From Eledone cirrhosa (taxonomy: Eukaryota), in contig OZ024743.1 in NCBI GenBank assembly GCA_964016885.1, forward strand, positions 314,402,001 to 314,466,000: DNA of 64,000 bases, given 5' to 3'. Below the pieces are notes generated by a model. It worked only from the letters and a program-made list of their open reading frames with translations. It was not told the origin of the DNA and searched no databases. Below are positions 50,051 through 64,000 of the stretch, one piece after another. A program made the position numbers and the translations under genes. Position 1 is the first letter of the stretch. The number at the start of each line of letters is the position of its first letter.

Positions 50051-52007
50051 TATATATATAGACGAAAAGATAAATTAAATTTCCCTTGTGTAGACAAATG
50101 AAGTATTTTTTGTATGTATGCATGTATGTATTAATTGTTATATTTGTTCTTTTTTCATGTTTGTCCTTTCTCAAGGAATTCTAATATTTTCTTTGAAAGG
50201 AAAGTTTTAGCATTGGCCACTATCATATAAAATTGTTTATCTTAAAGTCTATTTCTTTATCTAAAAATCTTCCATTATAATTTTATATGAGAACATTTGT
50301 TAAGTATGATCCAAATACCAAATAAATAATGAGAAAATTAGTTTTATTAATGTTGTTGTTGGATCTCGTCTGTTCTGATGATGAGTGTTCCTATTATTTG
50401 GAACAGCCTGGCCGTCAAATTAATAGGTGTGGTTAAATATTCTAAAGACTGGTGTAACCTCTTAAAGTAATTTTCAAGGATATTCATCATGACAGGTTGA
50501 CAAGCCCGACACTTTGAATCCAGCTGGGTGGACAAAAGCAACATAAAATAAATGTTCTTGGTCAAGGTCAAACTCTCAACCTAATGATAATGAACTAACC
50601 ATCATACACACAAAGTCGCACTCTTTCATTTACTAAATCTCTCCTTCAAATTAGAAATACGGTAAAAAAAAGAGAGAATAAACTATTCTGCCCCATAGAT
50701 ACCATATACAGAGAGACACACACACACACTGTCAACACGGAGCGAGTGGGGCACGGCCCAGCAAAGCCAAAGGACATTAGAATATGACAAATGTCGACGC
50801 CAAGCCTGACGGGGCACGAATAGCGAATTATGCTCTAACATCTTACCTTCTTCTCGCAAGAAAAACGTGAAACAAAAATCTTCTCTACTACGAGATTGAG
50901 ATTTGAACAATCTCTGTCAATTAAAATTAGCAGTTATACAATTGTGTAAACAACAATTGTACCACACAACCACCGGGTCTGTTAGAATTTCAAACATATT
51001 TTAAGATTATATAATGATTAACTTTGTTTTATCTTTATGGTCTTTAAGAAGGCTGCTTCTACAGTCTCAGCAAAAATAACGGATATATAACCTTGATAAC
51101 CACAAAAAAGTCGGTTATTTTCCTGTTTTTTTTTGCTGACGTTAGTCACTACTTAAAGGTCATAGCAACATCAATTCAAAATGTTTTAAAATAAACATAC
51201 AGTATATTAGTGCATATACAATACGTATATTCATATATACATAGCTATTTCAGAGCACTGACACACACACATGCGCGCGCGCGCACACACACGCACACAC
51301 GCACACACGCACACGCACACACACACACAACACACACAGGCATATATATATATATATATAGTATTCCTTATTTCCTTCTTCTCCCTTCCACGCTTTTTCT
51401 CTCGCACGATGGCAAACACAGAGCTCCATCTGGTGTTCGCAAATGGTGGCATCGCATGGAAGATTATTTGATGACAATTAATGTTATAAGTAAACAAACT
51501 GCGTTATAGTATTTTCAACCTAACTACACAATGTTGTAATGAAAGGAATGAGTGCAATTTTCTCTTGAAAATAGTGATATTTTATTTGCAACCCGTACCA
51601 TAAATATCTATTTGTATTCACACATTTATTCCAGGGAATATTTGTGGACTTTTCATTTTGAGTTGCTATCGTTTTCTATTTGACAAGGGATTATATTTAT
51701 TTTGAGTAACATAACACGACATAACCCTCTTCACAGAACATTGGATGTATTAGAATTTACACTGGAAATCAGCTCTTCATATATTTAAACTACAACTCGT
51801 CTCTTGGCAATCTATGGAAACATATAGAAGGGCCTCCTAATGTACATATGCTTTTATATATATATATATATATACATATACACCCACATACACACAGACA
51901 CACAAACATACACACACTCATGCATACGTATACAAACATATAAATATATATGTACGCACACATGCATGCATACATACACACATACATACATACCCACACA
52001 CACACAC

Positions 52008-52054
<47 letters not shown>

Positions 52055-52763
52055 TATATATGGTCGTATGTGTGGTTATATTGTTTGGTTTGACTTTATT
52101 TTGTCATTCATTTTTGTAATAATACTTAAGCTTTATATAGAATGATTTCAATGCATGCGAATCTCAAATTTCTGCTTCAGTTATAATTTTAGGTTCTCAG
52201 CAGACGATGCATAAGATAACATTGGCAGAAAGGTTAGAGTAATCTTACTTGATATATGAAGCACCATTGAAAAATCGTCCTTTTTCATTGGTTGACTGAT
52301 TCAAAGTTCGAAGTGTCACCTAAAACGATAACGTTGGCATTGTGATAATTATGAATATAGTGAGCGGCATCTATCACAATGGTCATACACACCATTTTTA
52401 TTTATTTTCTTCCGATATTTATATATTTATTTTTACATTATATATGGAAGGCTTACTGAAAAAAAAGAAAATTATTTACTGCGCCATCCTTAAGAGGTCG
52501 TATTAATAATATATTGAATATGTTATATCCAGGTGAAACTTTCTATATGTTAGTGCGATGTATTGGAAATCAGGAAGAAAAATGTGTTTAATTCTCAGTG
52601 TTCATTGAGGTGTAGCACGTAGGAAAGATAGGATTAGCTATTTACACACAATTGCGTACACACACACAATTGCATACACCCACACAATTGCGTACACACA
52701 CACAAATATATATGTATATTTAAATAAATAATTAAATATATATATAAATATATATATACATGC

Positions 52764-52817
<54 letters not shown>

Positions 52818-52899
52818 GTATACATACATATATATATATAACTGCATATATAATATTGATATTGATATATATATATGTATGTATATATATAATAGATAT

Positions 52900-52938
<39 letters not shown>

Positions 52939-54562
52939 CATAAAGAATTGGATTCCCTTTTGCCAATAATTCTTACAGCTTTCCCAAATTCATTCAACCA
53001 CACGTACTCAAACATACTATGTGTATGTGTATTTTATGTACATGAATTTGTGTGTACATGTTATTAAACGTGTCGTAATAAAGTGACAGTCTGTTGTATA
53101 ATATAACTCATTACAAATTAATAAAATATAGTGTATATCATTTGGGCGTCTTACTATCCTGAAGATATTATTCCCATTACGTAGAATCACACCGTTCGAT
53201 TGTTTTGACTGGATTACCTTAATGTTTCTTTAACTTATAGATAGTCATTTTATGCATAGATAAGCAATCCAGTTCTAAAAGTTGATCCATGTATTGAATA
53301 GGCTAAACTATATTTAGTTTATATATACTTTCATACATACATAAACATGTCGAGACACACATAAATACATATATTCCTATATATCATAAATGGTTAGAGA
53401 ATCCATAACTTAATCCGAGATGTGCTACGTTCAATATATCACTGGTACTCTTGTCCAATTTGAATTTTACGAGAATGTTATTGCTATATCTAATCGTATT
53501 TAGGACGACTACATTTCAAATTTCAAATTCTCCCAAATACCCTTTCGTTAACCTCATGCTTACTCTTCTACGTATTAATTTAAACGTTGAAGAGACAACA
53601 ATACTGTCACCAGTAATAGCAAAAGCACTGGACAGGTGTCTAGGTGATGCGTTGTTCGATTACTTGTAAGGGTCACTCACAGACATTTACACACATACCC
53701 ACACATATACACACAGACACACAACACACACACATACATCTCTATATATATATATAGAGAGAGAATTGTAAGTATGTGTATTTTACATGGACATTACGAT
53801 TCCAATAGTTAATGTACTATTGTATTAATAATAATTTGCACATCATACTAAATGGCAAATATTACTGTAACATCATTATGAAACAATTGTATTGATATAC
53901 AATTATATTAATATCGTTTAGATATAAGTACCTATATATTAATAATTCAGTGATGATTTTCGCAGTCATTTAGTAATCGAAGCTGTGTTAGGGATAAATC
54001 CACAGTCATTAAAGGTACAATATTTATTACAGTTAATGTAAAATAAACACGGGATAAATGTGAATAACGCATTTTATATGTCGATAGAATTATATGGTTT
54101 TGTGGTTAGAGAATTGGATTCGCAATGATGAGCCTGCGCGGTATATTCCCGGAGGGGGCGATTCATTATGACATTGAGCAAGATACAATACTTCACGTTG
54201 TTTCTGCCAGGCGTTGCGACTGGTAGATATAGTGTAAGTAACTGAAAGAGCAATGGAAACGTTGATTTATTGGTTCGAAATAAAGAATTCTGTTCTGCAC
54301 AGGGTGCGAATGTGGTGTGGGATATAGTTGTACGATTCAATCGATTCTATATGTTATATAAGATATATTCTCAGATATAACACTTTAATATGCCCGCAGC
54401 TTTTAGATAATTTTAGGTGTTAATCATTGCAGGTAAACAACTCAGACATTGGTGATAGTACTTAAATAGAGAGCTACGTGTTTGAATCTCTCTATCATAT
54501 TATATATGCCCTGCCAGTCAGACATACACACACAATATCCAATACGTGTGTGTGTACTTATG

Positions 54563-54595
<33 letters not shown>

Positions 54596-54613
54596 CTATC
54601 TCTCTCTTTCTCC

Positions 54614-54769
<156 letters not shown>

Positions 54770-54998
54770 ATTGTTTCTACGTTTGGCACAAGGCCAGCAA
54801 TTATTCCACTGTATTATGGTACTCTATTTTATCAATCCCGTACGGATGAAAGGCAAAGTTAACCTCGGCGGGATTATAAAATAATGATTCCAGTTCCTCA
54901 TAGAAATAACAACCCAACCAGGAGCTGGACATATCGGAGTATTGACGGAGTAAAACACTTCAACAACATGTGTACCTGTCTCTACCACACCAATTCGG

Positions 54999-55053
54999 AC
55001 TGCCTGAAGAGGTCACAGCCAACGATGGCTGTAACCGAAATATATATAGCAGT
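54999..55053 (+). ncRNA. Type I hammerhead ribozyme (intact) in a solo pseudo-LTR
   Basis: actgc-CTGAAGA-ggt-c-acagcc-aacgat-ggctgt-a-acc-GAAA-TATATA-TA-gcagt. AATAAA at 55062. Confidence 0.85.
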
Positions 55054-55194
55054 ACATCTTTAATAAACGAAGCCAAATTTTAAATATTTGACTTAATTAT
55101 TTTACATTACTCCGGAGTAACCAAACCAACCTGCGTACTTCGTCGAGTGGTCCATTCTGCATACTGGGGGGTCGGTAAACAACCAACATATACT

Positions 55195-55264
<70 letters not shown>

Positions 55265-55270
<6 letters not shown>

Positions 55271-56600
55271 GAAAATCTGAAGAATAACATGGTCAACAGT
55301 ACAAACAAGGAAATTTATTTACAGACTAACAATTGTTTCTAAGATAGAGATGTCTAGACATTGCTAAACACTGAAGGCAGTGTCACTCAATTTAAAATAC
55401 ATGCAACCTACATAATTTCCTTAGAGAATAAGGGAAAATACAAAATATATGCGTAACGATAAATTTATAAATTCAAATTACCACATCAATTACGATAAAG
55501 GACATAATAATAGTGATAGAAATAACGGATCTGCCAGGGAAACATATGGGTTTAAATTCTGCAAAAATCCACCAGACAACCCACATCTTGATGCCTTCGA
55601 ACTTGATCTCATGAACATAATAAAAGAAATTAAATTAAAAAACGAACCCATCACAACAAACTGCAAAATAACATCAATGCACTTATGAGAAAATTACGTG
55701 CCACTAATGGTATCATTGTAAAGGCAGATAACACATCTAACCTGTACACCATGAGCCTTAATGCACACAGCAACTTTATACGCCGGGAATTACATAACAA
55801 ATACAAGAAAACTACTGAGTCGGCACTCAATGGCATTAACAAGGAAGGTCTTAACATAGTAAACAAACTTAAAATATCCGATAGAACCGAACGTCTAACA
55901 CCTTGTGAACCGACTTTTATTCTGAAGGATCATAAATGAGACCAACTATTATATTGATATGTCCTTCAACATCAGATATAGGCAGAATTAGTAAGTTTAT
56001 ACTAGATATAATAATACCACAAATTAAGGAACAACTAATAATCAAGCTCTGGGGTAACACAAATGAAGCAATAGATTGGTTCAACACATTAGACAATAGA
56101 GAATCGTCCCACTTTATACAATTTGACATAAATGACTACTACTCTTCTATCTCCCCAGCCACCCTTAATAAGGCACTATCCTTTGCACAAAAACACTCGG
56201 ATCTTTCAGCAGATGAGATTAAAATAATACTAGCCGCTAGAAGAACAATCATTAAATTCGAGAACAGCTACTGGGAGCGAAAAATAGACAGAATAACATC
56301 GATATAACTATGGGATCAAACAACTCAGCCCAAATCACAGACTTGGTTGGAATTTATATAGCATATTTCTTACATAGATAATTTGATAACCTACAAGGCG
56401 TAATCTATAGAGACGATACTCTACTTTTCGCTAGAAACTTAAATAGTCAGAACTTAGAAAGATTAAGGAAAAAGATTAGAAAATTCTTTAATGATTTAGG
56501 CCTTGGCATGACTTTTGAACCCAACTCTAAAAGATTCAACTTCTTGGACGTATCGTTTAACTAATAGAACCCTTCCATAAAAATAATGAAAATGTATCTT
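55265..56600 (+). mobile_element. Naiad-type PLE, N-terminal/RT part, 3'-truncated, preceded by an inverted pseudo-LTR piece
   Basis: LDAFELDL, IVKADNTSNLY, LKDHK, LICPSTSDIG, FIQFDINDYYSSIS, ARRTIIKFENSYW, IYRDD. Minus-strand GAAACAATTGTT-agtc..AATAAA at 55313-55339. Confidence 0.9.
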
Positions 56601-56604
56601 ACAG

Positions 56605-58330
56605 TGACTATAACTCGAGGTCGCCCCTATGTAGGAGTACTCTTTTCGGCCAGCTGTGACATCTCACCGGTAAATAATGTTTTTTAACGAGGCACTCCCC
56701 GTTTAGTGGGCATTCTACCCGCTTTTTGCAGTTGCAGTTGGGGGTTATGGGTTTGTTTCCACGTTGTCGGTTGTTTGTATTCTGTGTGGAGCTGGCAAGT
56801 GGGTTGCTGTGTTGTATTGTGTGTGTAGTTTCATTCTGTGTTGTGCTAATGGCTGGTTGTAGCGCTATCATATGTTTGCGTACTTTTGTCCTATTTGTGT
56901 GTGGTACCGTGTCGCCTAGATTTGGTGCTGTGGAGAAGGAGAATTTGACAGTGTGTCTATTAGAGAGCTGGTGGTATTTATGTGTGGGTGGGAAGGATTG
57001 TTCCAGAGCTTTGAAGAAGGTTACAGGTATATTGAGGGCAACGTGTATAGAGTACGGGGCGTTGTCCCTGACACGGGTCTGCTTCGGGCTTTACGGTGTT
57101 TAGTGTGGTTGTTATGGTTTGGTGGTTGCGTGGGTGTGTTTTGGTCAGGCATATTTGTCATGCTGTTAAGTTTTGTGTCTCTATTACTACGTAGTCGCAT
57201 GCGATATTCAGAGTCCTTACTGGGGTTGGAGAGTATAGTTTTATCTCCTTAGCAGTTGTGTGTAACGCTGTCTGTCCTGCCGGCTAAGGGTGGTCTTTGG
57301 TTAGTATTTGTTCTAGGTGGGGTGTCCTCGTCTATATGCGTTTTTAAGGGTCTGATTAAGTTTAGCGGCGTGCGGTTTTAGTTGGGTCATTGTAACTTAT
57401 GTTCTCATTGTAACCAGCCTTTTCAAGTGCGGAGTTATAGTATTCCGGGTGCTGGTTGAAGATAGTTCTGTTCGTCGACAGGGTGGAAACTCTGTTGGAA
57501 ACACTCTTAACCATCGAGTTAATTATACTCCTAGGGTGGTTGGAGTGTCTGCTGACATATTTCAGGTTTTCGTTGGGTTTATGGTATGGGCGGTAGGACC
57601 TGTGTCTAATTCTAAAGTGACCTCTAAGAAGTTTACTGTCCTACTGTTGGGTTCTATTTCTACCGCTAATCCTTGGGTCTTAAAGATACATCTAAGTCGT
57701 TTGTGTAGTCTATCTAATTGGCTATTATTGAGTCCGCGGGCCATGAGTAGGTTGTCGTCCCGGTACAAGCCTCCGCCTATGCTAGGGATCTCATCGGTTG
57801 TTATATTAATGAGGTATAGGCCTACTACAGCAGTAACCTGTGCGGAATCATTCGACCCCATTGTAATGTCGAAGTGATCTGGTCTATTTTCTCATAATTT
57901 ACCGTCAAATTCTAGTAAAGTTTTCTTACCTACTAGTATGATGTCTACCTCCTTTCTGGTGAGGCTTGATCTGTTCATGGCTAATATCAGTGCCTTGTTT
58001 AGGATGACCGGGGATATAGGAGCGTAGTAGTTCGTAATATTCATTTGGACGAATCGAAGGTCCGAATTGGTTTCAATGGCGTAGAACCAGTCGATTACCT
58101 CCTTTGTACAGGACCAGAGGCTGAGTTTACTCCTATGTCTAAGTTCTGGTATTACTCGGTCGATGATATATTTACTTATTCTAGCTAAGCTGATTTAGAG
58201 GGAGCTATAAGTCTAACGGGTAGTTGGACTGAAAGTTCGGTTTGTGGGCCTTAATTGATATGCTCGGTCTCCCAGGGAGTAGGGTTGTGTCCTGTCGTCT
58301 ATGCTCAGTTCGGTCATTACCGTTTTTGCC
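56605..58330 (-). mobile_element. Naiad-type PLE on the minus strand, decayed
   Basis: MGSNDSAQVT.VVGLY, GGLYRDD, VNFLEVTL, CNCKKRVECPLNGECL, Y.GATS. Abuts the preceding plus-strand copy tail-to-tail. Confidence 0.9.
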
Positions 58331-59021
58331 TGTTTGCTTATGTGTGCTACATCCAATTCTGCAAATATAATGTCAAACAAATCTCCACCGCCAAACACAT
58401 CGCCATACGTCCACCATCCCTCATTCACAACCTTGTTTTCCCCGTGTTCCCTATGTCACTTTTTAAGCTGTAATCCATCGTAAATTTCAAAACTGTAAAT
58501 ATCATGTTGTACTCATCACCACCACCAGACACATCGCCTTACTTCCACAACCATCAAAATTGCCAACACATATCATCACTCCCTAAACATCGCATGTATG
58601 TAAGTATACTTGTACAACGCCATCTCCACTGGCTCTATATATAAATACACATGCGTATGTATACAACGTATTTGTCAGACTAAGTGTGTCTATATATGTA
58701 TTTCCTTATGGAAATGACACCACGAACACAATCATCACACCACCATAAACACCGCAACCTTTCATCTTTATCAAAAACAACACCACACCCACACCACACA
58801 AAAATCAGACATATACATGCCAATCTCTCTACCGATAACCAGCACCCCCTATCAACCGCCCACTTCAACCTGCGACCGACACCACACCCATCCCCCACAT
58901 ACACTACATGCAAAAACATCCCAATTAATTAATCCACCAATTAAAACAAACCTTAATGACTATCATAGGAACTTCTGACTTTATCATACAGCATGTATTC
59001 ATTTTTCCATTAGCATTACAA

Positions 59022-59108
59022 GGGGTTTGACGAGCCGCGGGTCACAGAGTCGTGTCAGATCTATACAGATCGAACCTTGAGCTGATCAGTGTCGAAACGC
59101 GCGTCACG
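59022..59108 (+). ncRNA. Degenerate hammerhead with long stem II
   Basis: TTGACGA(59027)-g...c-GAAA-CGCGCG-TC-acg, with AATAAA at 59113. Stem I is weak. Confidence 0.55.
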
Positions 59109-59157
59109 AAACAATAAACGTAATGAAGGAGTAACCAACCGTACTTGTTATCTTATT

Positions 59158-59265
<108 letters not shown>

Positions 59266-59350
59266 GAAAAATTGAACAGGGACAGAACAGAGAGGCAGTA
59301 CGATAAATGTTTATTAAATTCACGCTCAGGAGAGTGGGGGGTAGATGGGG

Positions 59351-59384
59351 GACGACGTTTCGGGCATAAGCCCTTCTTCAGGTG
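59351..59384 (-). ncRNA. Minimal hammerhead with intact core and short stem I
   Basis: cac-CTGAAGA-a-gggc-ttat-gccc-GAAA-CG-TC-gtc. Confidence 0.65.
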
Positions 59385-59604
59385 AGAAGTGTGTGGGAAC
59401 AGAGTTCAAAAGGTGTGTAGGGGAGTGGTGGAGAGACATATAGCGAAAGGAAACGGTGCGAATGAAAAATTAACAAATAAAGACAAAAAATATAATAAAT
59501 AAAAATAAAGCATGATCAAAATACAAGGAAAGAGAAAATTTAAAAATAAAGGCATGATCAAAATAAACTGAAATTAAAAGGAGGGTAGATATATATATAT
59601 ATAT

Positions 59605-61078
59605 ATCGTGATGACGCCCTCCTCACTCCCGAGTATAAAAAGTGCAACATAGAAAGAACTAGGAAACAGTTATTAGGTTCTTTAATCTAAGTATTACCAT
59701 AGATGCAAATGACAAAACAGTAAACTTCCTAGACGCCACCCTTGACCTAGAAACTAAAACATTTGCACCCTACCATAAACCTAATGATAGACTTACATAT
59801 GTAAACGCCAGCTCCAACCACCTCAAATCAGTCCTAAACGCTATTCCCAGGGGGGTCTCTAATAGAATTAGCAGACTGTCCTGTAATGAAAGTATCTTCA
59901 ACGCCAATGCAGAGTATTATGACAAGGCCCTAGCAGAATCTGGTTACGGGAATAGATTATCATATATACATAAGGACTCCCAAACCATGAGTGTGAAACC
60001 TACCAACATAATCACACATAGTATGGCCACAAAGCCTAACCAACTTAGAGGCAATAATAATAGTAAGAACCCTAATGGCGGTAACCCAGCTAAATGTAAA
60101 CCACGTAGAGACAATACTAGAGTCCCTCACCACAACTCTAAATCAGCAAATGATCATGCCATGAATATAAACCATCCGCGCTTAAGCAAAACAGACAACG
60201 CCACTAACGTTAATAACGGAACCCTACAAAATAGTACGCGCAGTAACGAGACTCGCCCCACAGATAAGAAAAATAGAAGAAGGAAAAACATGTATTTTAA
60301 CCCACCTTTTAACTCTGAGGTCCTCACTAACCTCCCCAGAGTATTCTTCTCATTATTAGAAAAACACTTCCCACCAGGCAATAGATATCGTAACATAATT
60401 AACAAAAACGTGATTAAATTATCCTATTCGACCACACCTAACCTCGCATCACACCTAGCACGCACGAACATTAGGAAAACTAGGGAAGGTTTCGAAGCAA
60501 TTAAAATGGCAGTTAACCACCAGCAACCGACTACACTAGAAAATGGGCAACATAATAGCATCACTGAGCCATCTAATGATATAGAGGCACCTAGTGATAA
60601 TGCTAGTAACCAAAGTTCGGGAGGTACGCTAACGGATCGAACCCGCAGTTGCAATTGTAGGCGGAGTAGTAATTGTCCCCTAAGGGGGGATTGCCTCATG
60701 AAAAATATCGTATATGCATGTGACGTAACCACACACAACTATACCAAAACATATATAGGATCAACGTCCAATACATTTAAAACTAGATTTAACGCACATA
60801 TGTTTACATTAATACACGATAGACATAATAATGCCACCTCACTGGCGGGATACATCTCCTTTTTAAAAAATAATAGTACCCCATACAAACTTTTTTGGAG
60901 GAAGCTTACTAGATCCACGCCATACCGACCGCAGAGCGGGAGTTTTGACCTGTGTTTACTGGAATGCCATGCCATAATACACTCTAAACTGAACCTGCTT
61001 AACAGGAAATCGGAAATTTTCTCCTCTTGCCAACGCAAAATCCTGAGTTCCTTCTTCTTTTTTAAACCTAGCACATAG
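59605..61078 (+). mobile_element. 5'-truncated Naiad-type PLE (RT C-half + GIY-YIG)
   Basis: YRDDAL at the start, VNFLDATLDL, SNH, MYFNPPFN, KLSYSTTPN, CNCR..CPL.G.C..NIVY.C, YIGSTSNTFKTRFNAH, LLNRKSEIFSSC. Confidence 0.92.
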
Positions 61079-63166
61079 ACGTAACATATATTACGCAACC
61101 CCCACCTAGACATACCCCTCCTTGACTATAGCTCCCACCAACCCATAACGAAGATAGATAGGTAGCCTAAGGGTGGAACAGTCCCCTACAAGGTTGGTGT
61201 TTGTGTGTGTGTATGTGTGTGTGTGTGTGTGTGTATTCTCCTTTTCTCTCACACACACACACACACAAACATATGTATATATGTGTGCGTACGTGTGTGC
61301 ATGTATGCATGCATGTGTGCGTGTATTGTATACATGTATATTGTATATATATATATGTATATTGTATGCATGTGTATTATATTGTGTGTATGTGTATATG
61401 TGATATGTATGTGTATATATATATGTATGTATGTGTATATGTGTATGTGTGTGTGTATGATATGTATATATGTGTGTATGTATGTATATTTTTTCTTTAG
61501 AAATCTTCTCTATATGTGGTGTTTGGAATGAATTCCTCCTATAATACTCTTCTTTGAGAGTAGCACGTTATGTAGAGTAACACATATGTATTATCGCAGT
61601 TGAAACTGAGAACCACCACCCCTCCTACTGACCCTAATGTTTACTGAGGACCAGAACACCATTCTCCACAATATAAGAAAGGAAAGGGCTTGCCGGACTA
61701 TTGATGACCATAACATCACATTCCAAGGTAATGGCAAAACACAGTGAATGCTAAACACGACCAGAACACCACAACATTTACATCGGAGCAACAGAGATAT
61801 AATATCAATAACGAATCAATTGAATTTTTTGAGTTGAAATACATATAAATATGTGTCTGTGTATATCGGACACACATACACATAAAGAAACTGCTGACCT
61901 AAATGTACCTGTCATGCCTGTCTGAATTCCTAAGAAGATTTTCGGTCAGTTACCATCTTGACCGATTACCCTCACAATTACTACGTAGCGGTTCTTGCAC
62001 GTGACTGCTGGACCCGGATGAAACGAAGACGAAGAATTTCCTTGCGTACAGTTTTGTACCACAGATGCGATCTCATTCTGCCTCGTTAATGTTCAATCGA
62101 CACCAAAGTTCTACATTCGGGGCAATATAATTGAATCCAACCACCGACAACATAGTTGGATGACCGATAATCACACCAAACCGGAGTACTGTGATCCTTG
62201 ATTTTGAGAATACAACCACTGACACGGTTACGAAAATCAGAAAACCATACTCCATAATAATGAACCAAGTGATTGATTTGTGCGATGCGACCAAAATAAC
62301 ACCACACACATATTGAACTAGGAATATTGGATCCTCCGTCAATGTCTGGGTGAGCAAAAATAGATTTCTATCTGCATTGGAATTTACGAACTTGTGCATC
62401 TGCTGTGGTGTCAAGAACAAACGCACATGACCGCACAGATGAACAATGGACTATGCCACGTGGGTTGAACCTGCAAGTGAATTGAAGGATGTGTAACTCT
62501 GATATACAGATTATTTATTATTAAGATGTATAAACTTGACATAACTATTATCATCTTATATTCTCTCAACTAATCAAATTTGATTATATTTCTCTATCCC
62601 ATTTTCTCCCCCATATTTATAATATTTTTATTTGAAAAAATCGGTTTTTTTACATTGTGTTTTCCCTTTCTAATACTTGCTTATATTTCTTTATATATTC
62701 TCTATATATTTTTTTATATATATATTTTTATATCTTTATTCTTATTTTCACTTTTATCCTCCTTTATATTTTACCTTATTCTTACTTTTATACATTATTA
62801 TAGTGTAATCTTCCACATGCCTTATTATACATTATTAATTATAGATTATTAGTATTACTCTTTTTCCATTTCTAATTACCTCATGTACTTTCTCCTCCGT
62901 TATATATATATTGTATGCCCTTTGTGTGTGTGTAGCCTCTGCACACCCTCTGCACCTACTATCAACGACACCCCATCTATGGCTCAACTGACCACTCGAC
63001 TCACGGGAATGAATATGACCACAGCTAATAAACAAGGACCCACACTCCACCCTCCCGCACCAAAATTAGACTTATCGTCCCCTACTTTTACTCCTTACTC
63101 TCTTTACTCTTTGTTCTTGAATGTTTGGTTGGTAGAGTCCATAACACCAATCAAACCCCTTTTATA

Positions 63167-63211
63167 GCTCTGACGAATCCTACGGTTACGTAAGGAAGAA
63201 ACATTGTAAGC
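63167..63211 (+). ncRNA. Type I hammerhead ribozyme (intact core) at the end of a pseudo-LTR-like region
   Basis: gct-CTGACGA-a-tcct-acg-gtta-cgt-a-agga-a-GAAA-CATTG-TA-agc. AATAAA at 63213 and (TA)n ~45 bp later. Confidence 0.8.
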
Positions 63212-63253
63212 CAATAAAAATCTTTTGATGTTGTAGACGCTCTTGTGTTCTTT

Positions 63254-63289
<36 letters not shown>

Positions 63290-63579
63290 AGAGAGAGAGA
63301 GAGGAAGAGAGGAAGAGAGGAAGAGAGAAAGACGAGAGGGAGGGATGTAAATCCTGACCACAGCTCAAAGCGGCTTCAGCTTATGTGTCCAGCAAGCCTT
63401 TCAAAGTTCTCTTTAAAAGAATTGCTGAAAAGACAAACCGAAAGATCTTACGCCGCGGTCTGGTATTACATATCTCTCTCACACTCCGCCGGTAAATCTC
63501 AACCCGTTTCGACGGCTAGCGTGCTGGACCCATAACGCAGAGGTCCGTAGATCAAAACTACCTATACTAATCATGTTTG

Positions 63580-63736
<157 letters not shown>

Positions 63737-64000
63737 TACATATACATTATATGCTTGATGTAGAAAATATTCCATCAGCATTGCCCGTATGATGTTTTTC
63801 GCACCACCAAGACTTGGGCCCCTTACCATCCTCCCACAACAAAATTCAAACCTGCATGTCATAACAACTTTACGGCCCAATTATTTCACTTCAATTGATC
63901 CCGCACTCCTTAAAATTAAACCTCATGAGCTTAAAAAGTCTTATAAAAAATTCCTCAGGTATCCCAGATAAACCTCCTACAACGGAATATGGCTCCGTAA

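Noticed and set aside
50365-50410. CTGATGA followed by a small hairpin
   Set aside because: No GAAA, stem III or stem I, so not a hammerhead. The same applies to CTGATGA at ~6355 and ~34864.
51405-51445. CTCF-like motif (caccagatggagc, minus strand)
   Set aside because: A single partial short match is expected by chance in 64 kb.
61900-62500. Possible decayed coding remnant upstream of the 63167 hammerhead
   Set aside because: No motif could be identified by eye. BLASTX against TE proteins would decide it.

Overview
AT-rich eukaryotic (animal) non-genic DNA, packed with (TA)n/(CA)n microsatellites and transposon debris. The repeat content (RTE LINE with a (GAT)n tail, abundant tRNA-derived SINEs, very long TA/CA tracts) suggests a cephalopod such as Octopus; this is inference. 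No host protein-coding exon could be supported, and most ORF-track entries are microsatellite artefacts. The window is dominated by Penelope-like elements (PLEs): at least six Naiad-type RT(YRDD)/GIY-YIG copies or fragments, all disrupted, plus one remnant of another PLE clade. It also holds a young 5'-truncated RTE LINE, R4/Dong-type LINE fragments, an internally deleted mariner, two non-autonomous Helitrons and many SINEs. The main signal missed by the ORF track is about 20 complete, degenerate or half type-I hammerhead ribozyme (HHR) motifs from many sequence families. One family sits in a young non-coding 560-bp tandem/inverted array (8151-10088), a retrozyme-like candidate. Several fold-back inversions have their junction inside hammerhead stem II, and many HHRs are followed closely by AATAAA and then a (TA)n tract.
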